Shown: positions 13,455-26,969 of the stretch, piece by piece
Position numbering within the stretch: position 1 is the stretch's first letter
Layout: every line of letters starts with the position of its first letter
From: Octopus vulgaris
Taxonomy: Eukaryota
Length of the DNA: 64,000 nt
Direction: 5' to 3'
Assembly (NCBI GenBank): GCA_951406725.2
Contig: OX597828.1
Span: 64,666,001 to 64,730,000 of the forward strand
Position numbers and translations under genes: made by a program
Notes under the pieces: model-generated
What the model was told of the DNA's origin: nothing
Databases searched by the model: none
Seen by the model: the letters and a program-made list of their open reading frames with translations, nothing else

Positions 13455-14454
13455 GATCCCTGAAAACCGCAAAGGTATTTTATGGTAAGATATCGAGCTG
13501 CACTCTACAACAAATAGGAAAGTAATGACTACCTGTTTTTTTCTTTTTATTTCTGTGATCTGCTAAACAGGCTACGCTGTTAAAAAATTCACACCTACGT
13601 CCGTTATCTTCAGATAACCATTTAAAATTCTTCTGTATCCCTAATGGTTCCATAGTCATTGTGATGATAACAACTTCGCTGCTTTTCTAAATTGTTTGCA
13701 TTTCGTATTTTAGGTGGTGGCTTTTTTTTATATTTTCTCACGTTCCAATCCAAACTGGCAAGCAGTTTCGATTGCATAACACTTTCCTATTTATCGATTA
13801 TTATATCTTGGTCTGAATATCTAATTTGCTTGTCCTTTTGAATTCCCATATCTTAAAGTATCATTATAAGGTAGTTTTCAACAACACGTGCTTCGCTTTG
13901 TAGTCATATCAATTTTCTGCGTGCCGAAATCCAACCATAGCACAAACTTGCCAAAGAAAGTTTGCAGTTTTGTTGAGACTCTAGGTTATGTAAAATTTCC
14001 GAAAATTACTTGACATCTGTAAAATACATTTACAACCGTCTCCTTTTTTTCCATCACACACTCTACCTGAGGTGTTCTTATTATTTACATTCTTTCTTGT
14101 GTATGTCAGTCTGAATGGTTTATTCTGCGCAGCTAAAATAAAGCCCCATGTCTCGTGTCCCGTTTACGGTTGTTTTATCACTATTATGTGCAGTAGCAAC
14201 TGACCAGTTGTGAAACTAAACAGCAGCCACCTGGGAGTGGTGACACTCAGTCTATCAAAGGAATTTCCTTCCCCTTTTCCGCAGTGTCAAACAACAGAGG
14301 GAACCTGGATAAAATTAATATACGCCCAAACATGACTTTAGAAACTCAATAGGAAACGTCGCTTGAGAACTGGGCGGTGTAAGTCTTATGATATTGCCTG
14401 CTATTCTTTCAGGATCATGTACAAAGCCCAAAACCAAATTATTCTAACTATATA

Positions 14455-14514
<60 letters not shown>

Positions 14515-16130
14515 TATATATATAGGTATTTATTTCACTGATACTCCAGTTCAACACATTAGAGTTATAAGTAGCAACTGGAACTGCTGAGAAATTTATA
14601 GATAACAAAGTACTGTGCGCAAATAGCTCTGATTTCAGAACAACTCAAACTCTCCTATAACTTTCCTTTCTGATCTTATCTTTCATGCTTGCAAGCTGAA
14701 TGCCAGAGTCTTCATTAATTCCTAAGTATTTGTAGGTTCCTCCTCAAGTACTTTTATTGTTTGCGCCAACATCTAACACGACTGAATTTGAGGTCTTCAA
14801 TTTCCCTTTCTGGTTATTGGTTTTGGTGTACTAACCAATGCCAAACTCCATCCCGTTGTCATCACTGAATGCTTTCACAGTAAGTAATATGCCTTCAAGC
14901 TCATCGTTGTCTTTGCCACAGGGTTTTGAGTCATCCTTATTTTCTTGTTATCAATTTTATACCCAAACGATGTTCTGTTAAATTCACTTGTGAGGTTCAC
15001 TTGTAAGAGTATACAAAAAAAATTGAGAAAAATGAGTCACCTTGCAAAATCTACAGTTGAAGCTAATGCTGTTTGAAGCTACAACTCCATTAGGATGCTA
15101 TAATTGGAGATTCGTGTTCCACAATGACGTATTATGCTTCAGAAAGTTTGGAATTACGGGGAAAATTCTGAAGAAGTCCTGCAATTTCTGGATCCATAAA
15201 TGCGGTATACTGTCAAAAGCCTTTTTGTAATGAATGCCTGTTGAACTGAGATTTCTGCGCTTCTTATGACAGTTCTCAAGGATCATGCGATTAATTAGGA
15301 GTTAATCATTGTATATATGAGCCTCGTCGGTACTTTTTTCTTCTTCAGTGGGGGAAAATATTGTTCTCTTCCATAAATACATGTTTTCTGTACGAGAACA
15401 GATGTTAAAATTTGTAGAAGTGGTGGATAACCTGGTTATGTGCCGACAGCCTTTTTAACTTTAGTTTCCTTAATCTTCGGGAGTAGGTAAGTAATACCAT
15501 TTGCTAACCAGTCAGGTGTTTTCTCAGCATCTCTCATTAATTCATTAAACAGCTTGACTACCTTTTCATGTGCGCACGGAAACAATGAGGGCCAAATATT
15601 TGGTACCCTATCTTTACCTAGGGATTTCCACTGATGGGCGTTCGTTCATAAGTGAATGCCATCCTTAGGTCTACTACTGAGGTGTCTTACTATGCCTGTT
15701 CTTGTAAATGCTGATAAGAATTGGCACCTAATCCAATCTGCAATTTTATGCCTTCTCATCACGTGCAATTATACTCCAAAGGGTTATTTTCTCCTACCTC
15801 ATATCTCAATAAAAGGTTTTGGCATTAGAAATGAATTATTTTAAATGTAAAAATTACTGTAAATTTTGTTTCAGTGTTTCTTGTTAATGCCAGGTCTTCC
15901 CCTGATTAAAATCCAAATTTTACCCTTCCTCTTTATTCTTTTTCTGGATACTACATCATTTCCACAGCATATTTCATTTAGAATTAATATTTCCACTCTA
16001 ATTAATTCAATCTCTTTTCCTAATTTATTTCTCCAGTTTAGATTCCTTCTTAGGTTTTCATGTCTTTTTACAAGGCATACAACTGCCTTCGAGTTCACCA
16101 TTTTTTTTCATTATTTAGTCGTCGATAAAT
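13455..16130 (-). mobile_element. Decayed R4/Dong-like RLE non-LTR element, split by (TA)n near 14450-14520
   Basis: Fragment MILENCHKKRRNLSSTGIHYKKAFDSIPHLWI (RT motif) plus degenerate thumb and C-terminal segments; many stops. Confidence 0.65.
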
Positions 16131-16833
16131 AAAGTAACAGTCCTGGATTGTGGATTAGCAGAATTGTCAGAGTTACTGAATGAGATACTTTGTGACATTT
16201 GTTCCGGTTTTTTGAATGCAGAGTCCAAATTATATCAGTAGTATTTTTGAGGTTGGAAAGCGGCCTCAACGAACGGGCTCACAGGGTTAGACACCGACCT
16301 GAGTAGAGTAAATTGAAGCAGAGTTAACCTAAAATTGATACAGTAATAATATTTTATGGCATTAGTTTCTTCATTAAAAATAAGATTCATAAGGAAAGAA
16401 TAATAATTGTTTATTTGTTTTAAATAAACAGCTAATGTTTTTATCAAATGACATACATCCAATGACAAAAGAACGATTCTATGAATAAAGTTTACATGGA
16501 TTAAGTTGGAAGTATTATAACTCATATATAACTATAGGCAAAGCACTACTTAGCCACCGATAGAGAATAACGAAAGCGAGTTGTCACAATCTTCAGAAAA
16601 TTGAATAGATAATGCTAGATGGTATATTTCTGAAACGCTACACTCTGAGTTCCAATCCCACGATATTCAAATTTCCCTTTCTTATGAAGTCATAAGCGTA
16701 AGTACTAATCGAAAGTGGTGGACATGCGAAATTTCTACAAGACCAAGGGGAAAAAGTGTAATGTAGTAATGTAGTACCTGTACCGAGTTTGTGGCTTCTA
16801 ACAGCAACACCAGCGATGGAACTGTTCCTCATA

Positions 16834-16881
<48 letters not shown>

Positions 16882-17094
16882 AAACTATCGTGTACATTAA
16901 AACACATTAAGAGGCTTACAAATAGGAAATAAGAAGGGGAATATTCTTTATGTTGCATGTCTCATTTCTCTGTCTTTTTTCGTTGTTCGAAAAAAAGTTC
17001 GTTTCTATGTTTTTGTTTTATATTTTCGTTTCTCATTGTGTTCAACGATTTTTGATGTATGCATGTATATATACATATATATTTAGGTATGTAC

Positions 17095-17132
<38 letters not shown>

Positions 17133-18820
17133 GTACGTATATACACAACTAGCTCTCATTTCTCTTAACGAAATTCCAGTTAGAAATACTGGTCAACTTG
17201 AGCAAGATTTATTAACACTTGCCTAGACTGCATCTCCAATGCATGTAACTATTACTAGCTTGTTACTCTCTTCCATGTGCATTAACTAGTATATATATGT
17301 GTGTGTACATACAAATATGTATACACACACACAAGCATACATATATATGTATAAATATATATGTACATAGAAAGAAAAAAAGAAAGAGAAAGAGAGTGTG
17401 AGAGAGAGAAATAAGGAAGCACATAGATTGATACATTGGTAGTTAGATAAATACATATATACAGAGAGATGCGCACACGCTACCACACTCACATGCACAT
17501 ATCAGAAAGATAAATCAGAATTGCCACTGACATGCATTGTGACTGCAAAACACAAGGAATAAATACATTTTTCTGCCTCAGTAAGCGTTAACAGCTCAAC
17601 AATTGTCCTACCTTGCCAGTAGAATACATAAAACTTAAAGATATGGAAAGCAGGTGGAGAACATTTATAGCTTAGGGATATTTAAAACCAAAATGAATTA
17701 ATCGAAATGGCTCGAGCAAAATATATGTGCTGTGTGTTATGTATTCGTATGCTTCCTGTTCGTAGCTGAAGATTCTCTTTGTCTCAAATTTCCTTGAGCA
17801 ATGTTTATAGAAATCTCATAGATAAATACATAAGATATTCTGCCTTTTACTTCATCAGAGGAGATCTGTGTTTATCGTGTATGCGGCCTGAGGCCAGCCT
17901 GAAGATAAACTTAAGTGGTTTCTTCACGTTGCATCTTCAACTTCTAAATAATGGCTGTGTACTATTCACTAACGCTTAATATCTTAATATCGATGTTACT
18001 AAAAATTATGAGTAAAAAAGCAGAAAAAAAACAACTGATACTAAAAAAAAAAGCATAAATAAATATCTTTAGCTAGCAGACAGTCGGTCTGTCGGTTTTT
18101 TTTTTCTCCTTAAAAATCGTATATATGTCCTATATAATAGGAGGATATTGTTGCTAATCTCGGCTGATTTTGAGAAATATATTCTTGTGTCTTTGCTTGT
18201 GCAACCAGATTTGCCTTGCTTAATACTTATTTTAAGTACGTTTTTATCTTATATAAGTAATTCACATTCTGAGTGATATATAAACACAAACCTGAGAATA
18301 GATTTGTTAGAAATATAAAAGCACAATTTCATTTCTAGTGATATAATTCAGTTGATTCAAAACAGAATAAAGGGAAAGAAATATATGCAAATTAGTCTTC
18401 TTTTAAAAAGAATTTTATTAGTGTTTACATTATGTATGCATTGGCCATCTTCCAATTCTTTGCCTAGCTTAATATATTTTGCCATCTTCCATTTAAAAGT
18501 TTAGACCTGGATAAATAAAAGAATTCCATACAATAGAAAATCTGTTTGCAAAAGAATTATATAAAAATAATTTTCTTGAATTTCCTATTAAAGTAAACAC
18601 GCAATGCAATAGAAATAAAATTAAATTCATTTTAATTTTACATTTACTGATATAGTTTAAAGAAGCATGTTATTAATTTTAGATTTAAACAAATCATTTT
18701 AACAATGAAAGATTTCTCTTTTACGTTCGTCTTACACACAGCAAAAGCAGAAACAATATTTTAGTTTTATAAGGAACAGTGATGACAGAAAAATACTTCA
18801 AGCGTTCAAAATGTGCTTAC

Positions 18821-18858
18821 TTCAATACAATAAATATCAAGAATGTTACGGGCCACAT
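18821..18858 (-). CDS. Speculative first coding exon encoding a signal-peptide-like start (MWPVTFLIFIVL)
   Basis: ATG followed by 11 mostly hydrophobic codons, then AA|GTAAGC donor; lies in apparently unique sequence with a GA repeat ~650 bp upstream. No homology support. Confidence 0.2.
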
Positions 18859-19484
18859 TTGTAGAAATTTGTTGAACCTAAATAAGACTCTACTCCTTCT
18901 ATGTATTATGCCCGCCACTAGGTATCATGAGTGTCTGATGATTTTTGGATCCGTTGCCAGTGATGGTGAAGTGTTGGCTTGCTGTTGTGAATTCACAGGA
19001 GAAACCGACTCAATTTATCCCTGGTGACCTCCATTGCAAGTGCAAATGATTGTAGTTAATGTTCCTATTTTATCAATACCATTTATACTTCTTGGCTGTA
19101 GTCACGGAGCTTTTGTGTGATCTGACTATTCAATCAGCTTTCCATTACACATTGCTAGGAAATAATCCGCTATTTAAAAGTACATTTTGCTTCTGTTGCG
19201 TGTTTTTATTGTAAAGTATCCGAAACAAAATGCAAATGAAGGCGTTCAAAGTCGCTAACGAATTAACAAAGTTGTCATAAATACAAACGGACAATCTCCA
19301 ATATATTTCAATATTTTCTCTGTACTTCTTCACACGTATTATTTTCTAACTGGGACTAATTCTTCGTAGTTCATTCGTTTTTCTTTTGGTACGTGTCTGT
19401 ATTTCCGTACACAGCAGCTCTCTCTGTCTCCATCTGTCCCTCTACCCTTCTTTCACTATATCCCGCTCTCCTCCGCCTCTGGTT

Positions 19485-19534
<50 letters not shown>

Positions 19535-20739
19535 GTGACCTTTAGTTTTCTTCATAATGTAATTCACATACCGACTACCATTTAAAACTAAATCAATAAG
19601 AGTCTTGACAATAGTATCATCATCATTATAACCATCATCCATTACATCACTACATCACAATTAACGGCACTGATATTATCATAACTATGTACCATGTTAC
19701 AAATCAATATTACCATAACTACAACCACATGACAAACAACGCCATCAGAAGAAATAGCTATCCTCTCTGCAAAATCATAAATAAACACGTTTCCTATTTC
19801 TTAAGAAGTTTAACAAGTAATTGATTTCGTGAAGATGTTAGATCAACTTGTAAAATATAAATTCGATACAACAGATCTTAGATTACTAAAGAAAAAAACC
19901 GAAAGCTTATGCTGTCAATTTTAACTAAAATATTCATACTCTGCAATGTATTTCCAGTCACGTTTCCGTTAGTTTTGTTGATTTTATTATTCAGCCAATA
20001 ATGTTTTCGCGTTTAGTACGAAAAAATCTGAAGATTTTTCTTGATTAACATTTTAAAAAGTATTTTTTTTTTAGAGTAAAAGTTATTTAAAAATCTTTTT
20101 CAGTATAAAAAAAGCGCTTTCCAAAAAGAAATGAAATAAACGTCTTAATGCATATTATGACGGAGCAGTTAAAAGTTAATTCTTGGTAGCAAGAAACTGA
20201 TTTCATATTCATAACATGTCTTCTTGGTGTCCACCATAATGCTATCTAAATTTTTATGTACAAATTGAAGATATAATTTCGTTCTATTGCAGATATTACG
20301 TTTTTCGTTCTATTACAGATAGCCAAGTCGATATGAACGTTTGATGGTTCGTACTTTGTCTCTTATAACACAATATACCCTCGTCCGTGACATTAGAATT
20401 TCAACACACTAGTCCATGAACGGAATAAAACACCTTTTTTATGTGTCTAATATCATTTCAAAAATAAATTTATTCATGTGGTAATGTCTACACAATCTGG
20501 CAAAAAGTTTGTCGTATGAGATAACACCATAGATCAATATATCTCTTATCTGCAGTGGAGTTTCAAATAGAAGAGTTTTGCTTTATGTGATGAATATTAT
20601 TCATTTTGCTTCTCGCTTACAAATATCTTCCCTGCTGATTGGAGTTGAAACCTAGAGAGTCTATAAAGAAAGCTCAAGTAGACAATTTACATGCATATAT
20701 GATGAGAGATCTACGACGAATTATTAATATTATTATCTT

Positions 20740-20945
20740 TGACGGTGTGCTGGTCTGCCTCCTACGATGGAAATACTCATGCATAGAAATTTACGTTGGT
20801 TGGCTCACGTACACAGGATGGACAACAACGGACTCTCCAGACATACTTTATTTCTATTTATGCAAGAGGAAAAGAAACGACAGAACACCCAGACTGATAT
20901 TCAAAGACATTACAAAAGAAACATAAGGTGGAAGCAAATGGAGAA
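20740..20945 (+). mobile_element. RTE LINE fragment
   Basis: RNLRWLAHVHRMDNNGLSRHTLF...RTPRLIFKD. Confidence 0.7.
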
Positions 20946-23069
20946 AGCTTATAACTTCGTGCCAAAGCCATGAACAATAGACGCGACGACTGAATGCAGA
21001 TAGGTACAAATATCAACTAAGTTAATTTCACAAACTCATCCAGGTACTAATATCGTTCCTAACCTGAACATAAAAAACAAGCATTTCTTGCATTGAGGAG
21101 AGTTCTATTGATACAGATAATTAATTAACCATCTTTCAAATGCACAAAATGCAATAAACGAGAAGAATGAAAGCAGAATAAGGAGTTCAAATGTTGGTTA
21201 AATAAATCTGTTAATAATTACATTTCATTGCTTTGGTTGATCGAAATTATAAATTGAAATTTTGCCTTAATATGTTCAATACTTGTGTGTAAAAGAAATT
21301 AAAATATACAAAAAAAAAAAAAAAATTCTAAACTTGACCTTAATTCTAAAATTGTAATTTACATGGAAATAAATTATAGAAACTTGAAGTATTTTAAAAC
21401 GAGGACAGTAAATATAGTCCTTCAAACAATAAATTGATAGAAAACTAATAACACGATCGGAGCGATAGTTATGTTAATGGTCTTCTTTCTGCTGTTGACA
21501 CGAGAATAGTTAATGGGTAATTATAGGCTTAATAGTCTAGATGAGTAATTGATGGATCATTAAGGTCTTAATGGTTTAGATGAGTAATTCATGAATGAAT
21601 CATTAAGGACTTAATGGACGAGTTGAGTAATTAAGGGAATTAAGTACACCATATAAGTAACGCATTTAATTTTGCATTAATACCAAATTGTATACTTTGG
21701 ATATACGTGTACAAATTCATAAATATTTATAACACATTTACAATGCACATGTACAGATAAAAGCAAGTAGTGAAATATATACTCCTGTATATAATGGAGA
21801 ATAGCATTGTGTGTATGAGAGCATGTGTGAGTTTGTGCGCGCGAGTGTGTCTCTATGTGTACGAGTGTGCGTAACATGTTCGATTTTCTACTTGAAATTA
21901 TAGTAAATTATTTTAGGTTTGCTACAGCGTATTCAGTGTATTTTTAAATTCTGTGCTTAAGTTATCCCATTAGGAGACACTAGATGATAGTTGTTTAAAA
22001 ACAACGGATAAATCACCTAAAAAAAATTAAGTACACACATTTATCAGAATACTGTTGCAATTTAAACACGACACTCTTTCTTCATGATGCAGGAAGATGG
22101 TATCACCACTCTTCTCCAAACTAATTTTACATAAATATATTTTTACAGTGATGAAACTATTTTAAAATCTATACTTTGATCCCATCTTAATACATACATA
22201 CATATATATAATGTCATTGAATTAATCACTTAGATGTGTGAAATGCTGATATGAAATAGTGGTGAACATTAATTACATTCTGCTTTTGTTTTGTTGATGA
22301 TATAAATGCAGATGAGATTATTTTTATTATCCTTATGTGTCGAATGACTTTTTCTGCTCACATATGGCAATGATTAATCACTTACAAATTTATCAACTCA
22401 GCATTTTGAATTAGTGATAATTTCATTAATGTGTATCATAAAGCAGACCTTAGGATGTTGCTTAACCCTCGAAATGTCATTTAAATGTTTCTGCTTCTTT
22501 TAATTGATCGTTAAATATTGTAAATACTTCGTGGTTAGATCTCATGAGAGGACTGTTTGACATTCATGGCTGTTATCAAGCTGATCGAGTTCCACACTGC
22601 CTGGGCTTACTTCTAGACTGTAATTCATCCCATCCATCGTTTTACAAATATGTATCACGCTTCGAATTTGCTCGTTTATAGTAATCCGAAACTATTACCA
22701 GATACGTCTTATTTCTACATTATTTCTACATTCTTCACCTAATAACTATTTCTACTATTCATGATCTTGCTGACTTGCTCTTATTATATTCTTTGCGTTT
22801 CAAGAGGATGCCTTGTCGTAATGGCCACCCTAATATATAGTTCAATGTTATAAATCAAAATGAAGTAGCAAAATGACTTCGATTCTCTTGGTTTGAGTTA
22901 TAACCCTTCCTGAGGAGATCTTGCCCATGAGTCTACTCTGCAGTTCAGGTTAGTTTGGTAAAACGATTTATATTTGTATCGAAATACAGTGTTCATCGAA
23001 AACGCTGCTCCCCTGGAAGCCAAGTACTTTGTCTTAGAATCTGTTGCATTTTATCATTTTTTTTCCTTT

Positions 23070-23152
23070 TATTTGTTTCATTCATTAGACTGCGGGCATG
23101 CTGGGGCACCACCCTGAAGGATTTTTGTCGATCGAATCGACGCCATTACTTA
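23070..23152 (-). mobile_element. SINE family A tail fragment
   Basis: ttgtttcattcattagactgcgggcatgctggggcaccacc matches the family A tail. Confidence 0.65.
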
Positions 23153-23460
23153 TTATTTTTTGTAATTCCTGATACTTATTTCTTTCGATCTCTTTTCAAA
23201 AGTGTCTTTGTCGGCAGATAAATGGGAGATTAGCCTGCTAATATTGTTAACTATTTGTTTAATTACTGCTGGTGAGTGGTTGGAACCGATGTCTATGTAC
23301 GAGGCCTCCTCGTTTGGTTTGTGATAGGGTTTAAATTCTACTTTGTTAAGATTCATATTGATGTCTAGGAAGTTGACTTCTTTAAGGTTGGTATTAATCG
23401 TGGTTCCTAAGCGTAATTGGCTAAATATTTTGCATAATTCTTTTAGATATTGCACCCCTA
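23153..23460 (-). mobile_element. Penelope-like RT fragment (C-terminal RT/thumb)
   Basis: VNFLDINMNL...FKPYHKPNEEASYIDIGSNHSPAVIKQI...ISRLISHLS is the typical PLE FLD..Y.KP..SNHP pattern. Confidence 0.85.
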
Positions 23461-24514
23461 CTTACTTTTCTCAGACTTAGAAAATATTGGTCTGTAAAAA
23501 GTTGCTCGAAGGTAGGTTTCTTCAGAAAATAAATACAAAGAACTAAAATAAATATAAAGAAAACCACTCAAAATACCCAGAAAGAAATATTAATGAAATA
23601 AAGTATCCTCCACCTTAAGAATTGAAGTTACACACGCACACATACACACGCACACACATACACATAACAACAACGAAAACAACAACGGCCACTCCCTAAT
23701 ACTAACACAGTTGATGAATTTTGAAACTCCACAATCAAAAGCTCTTCACAGTTCAGCTATCCACTTCTTCCTTTCCTCAGAATACCATAACTGGCCCATC
23801 GTCATGATTGCCATCATGTTCTACTGCTACTACCCTTACTTACTACATCTAAACAATAGCAACAACAAGATCCTCATTGGAAGTCACTCTTCAATACCAG
23901 AGCAACTGATGACCTATTAAACAACATAGAACCTTGCTCCTCTCCACGGTCAGGCCACTGGAAGTCTTCTCAGCATTACACAACAGGGCTATCATCACCA
24001 CTATCATCCTATTCTACTGCTACCCCAGTTAGTGAAGAATCCCCCCTTTCTTCCCCCTCTACCTACTTTAATCTAAACGTATACCTGGCAACTCTATGAT
24101 AAATCTGCCAAATGTAAATGAGGTAAAATTATGAACGCACAAAACACCAAATGATGCCGCTGTTCTCAATGTGAGGGACCATGCATACGCAGTGACTGTA
24201 ACTTCACCCATTTACCTGGGACAAGTCACACAATTCGTACGAGCAATAACAGCCAACGAGAAACCTCACGTCCTACAACACTACCACCACCATGGAATGT
24301 CCATGAGAGTATCTCGATCAGTCAATGAACTTTTCAGCCGATCATCGTAATTTAAATCTAAATCACAGTATATGATTATATATGCGTCAATGTGCACATA
24401 TGTGCGTCTCTATAACTTTCTCATTCTTTCTGTATATGAACGTGTTTATGTATACATACATACATACATACATACATACATACATACATACATACATACA
24501 TACATACATACATT

Positions 24515-25005
24515 GTGACCCCCTTCGGTCAGGAATGACCATGGCATTGCACCTAGAAAGTTAGCATCCGAGGCACAAGTCTGGGCGAGGTTGTTTATGG
24601 AAGACCAGCAGTCGCCCACTCATACCAGCCTCCCCTCTCCACGTCACCGATGTTATCCAAGGGAAAGGCAAAGGCACCTGTGACGTCGCAGCTCATTTAT
24701 TAACGTGCAAGTGGCTGAGCACTCCACAGACACATGTACCCTTAACGTAATTCTCGAGGAGATTCAGCGTGATACAGAATGTGACAAGGCTGGCCCTTTG
24801 AAATACAGGTAAAATAGAAACAGGAAGAAAGAGAGAAAGTTGTGGTGAAAGAGTACAGCAGGGTTCACCACCACCCCATGCTGGAGCCTCGTGGAGCTTT
24901 AGGTTGTTTTGCTCAATAAACACTCACAATGCCCGGCCTGGAAATCGAAACCGCGATCCTACGACTGCGAGTCCGCTGCCCTAACCACTGGGCCATTGCG
25001 CCTCC
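24515..25005 (-). mobile_element. Composite SINE: family C head (24694-25005) abutting a family D 3' part (24515-24695)
   Basis: Direct similarity to 10940-11140 and to 13110-13310 respectively. Confidence 0.75.
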
Positions 25006-25011
25006 ACACAT

Positions 25012-25418
25012 ACATGATGATGGCCGTCCGCTCGTGACCGAGGAAGACCATTGCCGACCTTCAGGAACATTGTGCGCTCTAGGACTAACTTATATTTTGC
25101 ATTTGCGGCTCCGTTGGTGGCTAATGAGCCCTGCTCTTGACAAGCATACACGACTGCAAACATTGCAGACCAAGCTTTCCCCATTCACTATACGAGCCGT
25201 GCGCTTTCGTGCAGCTCGCTTAAGTTCTTCATGCTGGATACGTGCTCTCTCAAAAGTGTCGATCCCCTCCTTAACCTGCTTCCTCCATCTGTGGCGATGA
25301 CAGGCATTGTTCTCCCAGTCAGTGTCCTGCATATCAAAGGCCTTTAACGAGGACTTGACACAGTCCTTAAATCGCAGCCTTAGTTTCTGCCGGAGTCTCC
25401 TTCCATTCACACGTTCTC
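25012..25418 (-). mobile_element. RTE LINE 3' end
   Basis: GRRLRQKLRLRFKDCVKSSLK...WENNACHRHRWRKQV...CNVCSRVCLSRAGLISHQRS, followed by a short 3' UTR ending in catcat. Confidence 0.85.
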
Positions 25419-25436
25419 CACACATACATACATACA

Positions 25437-25469
<33 letters not shown>

Positions 25470-25770
25470 TATCGAAAGTGTTACTTTTCTGTTTTTCAGG
25501 GTACATGTATTCCTATTTGCTTGTCATTTCTGTTAAACAGCGGTGTATTTCTGTAAGACATAAATAGCTTTTGTTCACATCATATATCCACTTTTTCATA
25601 TCACAGTATTAAATTCTGTGTTTGGGAATTTAATATTGTATCTTTTGATTGCTTGTTTCTTCTTCCGCTTGTTTTACTTTATTTTTATTACTTCAGAAAT
25701 CTACGATTAAGAGGAATGTTCTTAGCGATTGCGTAGACGAAATACCGTGATTTATATATATGCACATATG

Positions 25771-25855
<85 letters not shown>

Positions 25856-25861
25856 CTATAC

Positions 25862-25892
<31 letters not shown>

Positions 25893-25918
25893 ATATATAC
25901 ATATATATACATATATAT

Positions 25919-26056
<138 letters not shown>

Positions 26057-26969
26057 CTAGATAGATACATAGAGGAGGAGAAGGAGAATAGGAGACTTGG
26101 AATTTAATAAATATCTGGAGACATTTTATTCTGAATTTATGCTGTGTGATTTCTGCTTTTATCTCGTCTTCCTTACACTTGAAAAACTGTAATTCGTTGA
26201 TGCTCTTGTTTAGTTACAGGCATGACTGTTTAGTTCAAGCATGACTAAACAGACCTATGATCAAAGGTGTTACAACCGTCGTCATATCGTTTTAGAAGTT
26301 TAGTTTCCACGGCTACATTATCTAATGTGACATTGACTTTGTTAGTGTAGCTTTCAGAGCGATTTGACTGATATAATAACCAGTCAATAGTACACGTGGT
26401 GGCTCCCTCGTTGAATGAGTTACTTTAATTTGTATACCTACATTTTCTTTTTGGCTACTGCAATCGTTCATCTGATATGTTCTTTGTTTATACCATTGTA
26501 TTTTGACATTCACATGTCTGTCTTTTCTTAATCCCGATTTTTTCCTTGATAACCTAGCACCATTTGGTTGACCTATGGTTATTGATAGCATCTAACGAAA
26601 GTTATACTATTGTCTTAAACATCCTTGTCAATGCTTCATATATAGTAGTTTGCCTTGTTTTCAGTTTCCTTTAGTTCTGTTCGTGTTAGTTCATTCCAGG
26701 AAATCCTTGATCGACCAGATCTATAACCAAATGGTTATGGTTTAGTTCAGGATTAAAGATCCTTCTCAGATCATCAGGATTTAAGAGCGTAAGAGAGAGT
26801 TGGAACTGTTGGTCCTCTGAAAAGACAATTTTCAAATAAAAATAACTGGTAATTTCTATATTTTAGCAAGTATCGAGTCTTTATTGAAAAGTTAGGTTTT
26901 AACCGATAATTTCTAAATTTCTCCATCACTATTTTTCTCTCCTATATATATATATATATATATATATAA

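Noticed and set aside
16235-16300. Acceptor-like tttactctactcag that could join the speculative exon at 18821
   Set aside because: The spliced frame stops after ~21 codons, and the region may be the 5' end of the R4-like remnant.
21528-21640. Three degenerate ~38-bp repeats, superficially CRISPR-like
   Set aside because: Contiguous minisatellite with no unique spacers, no cas genes and a eukaryotic context.
22905-23000. CUGAGGA-GAU...AUC-GAA-AUAC a GUGU near the PLE RT fragment
   Set aside because: No convincing stem I; at best a decayed hammerhead.
26881-26917. UUGAAAA-GUUA..UAAC motif next to the Hero-like 3' end
   Set aside because: GAAA is replaced by GAUA; too degenerate to call in AT-rich DNA.
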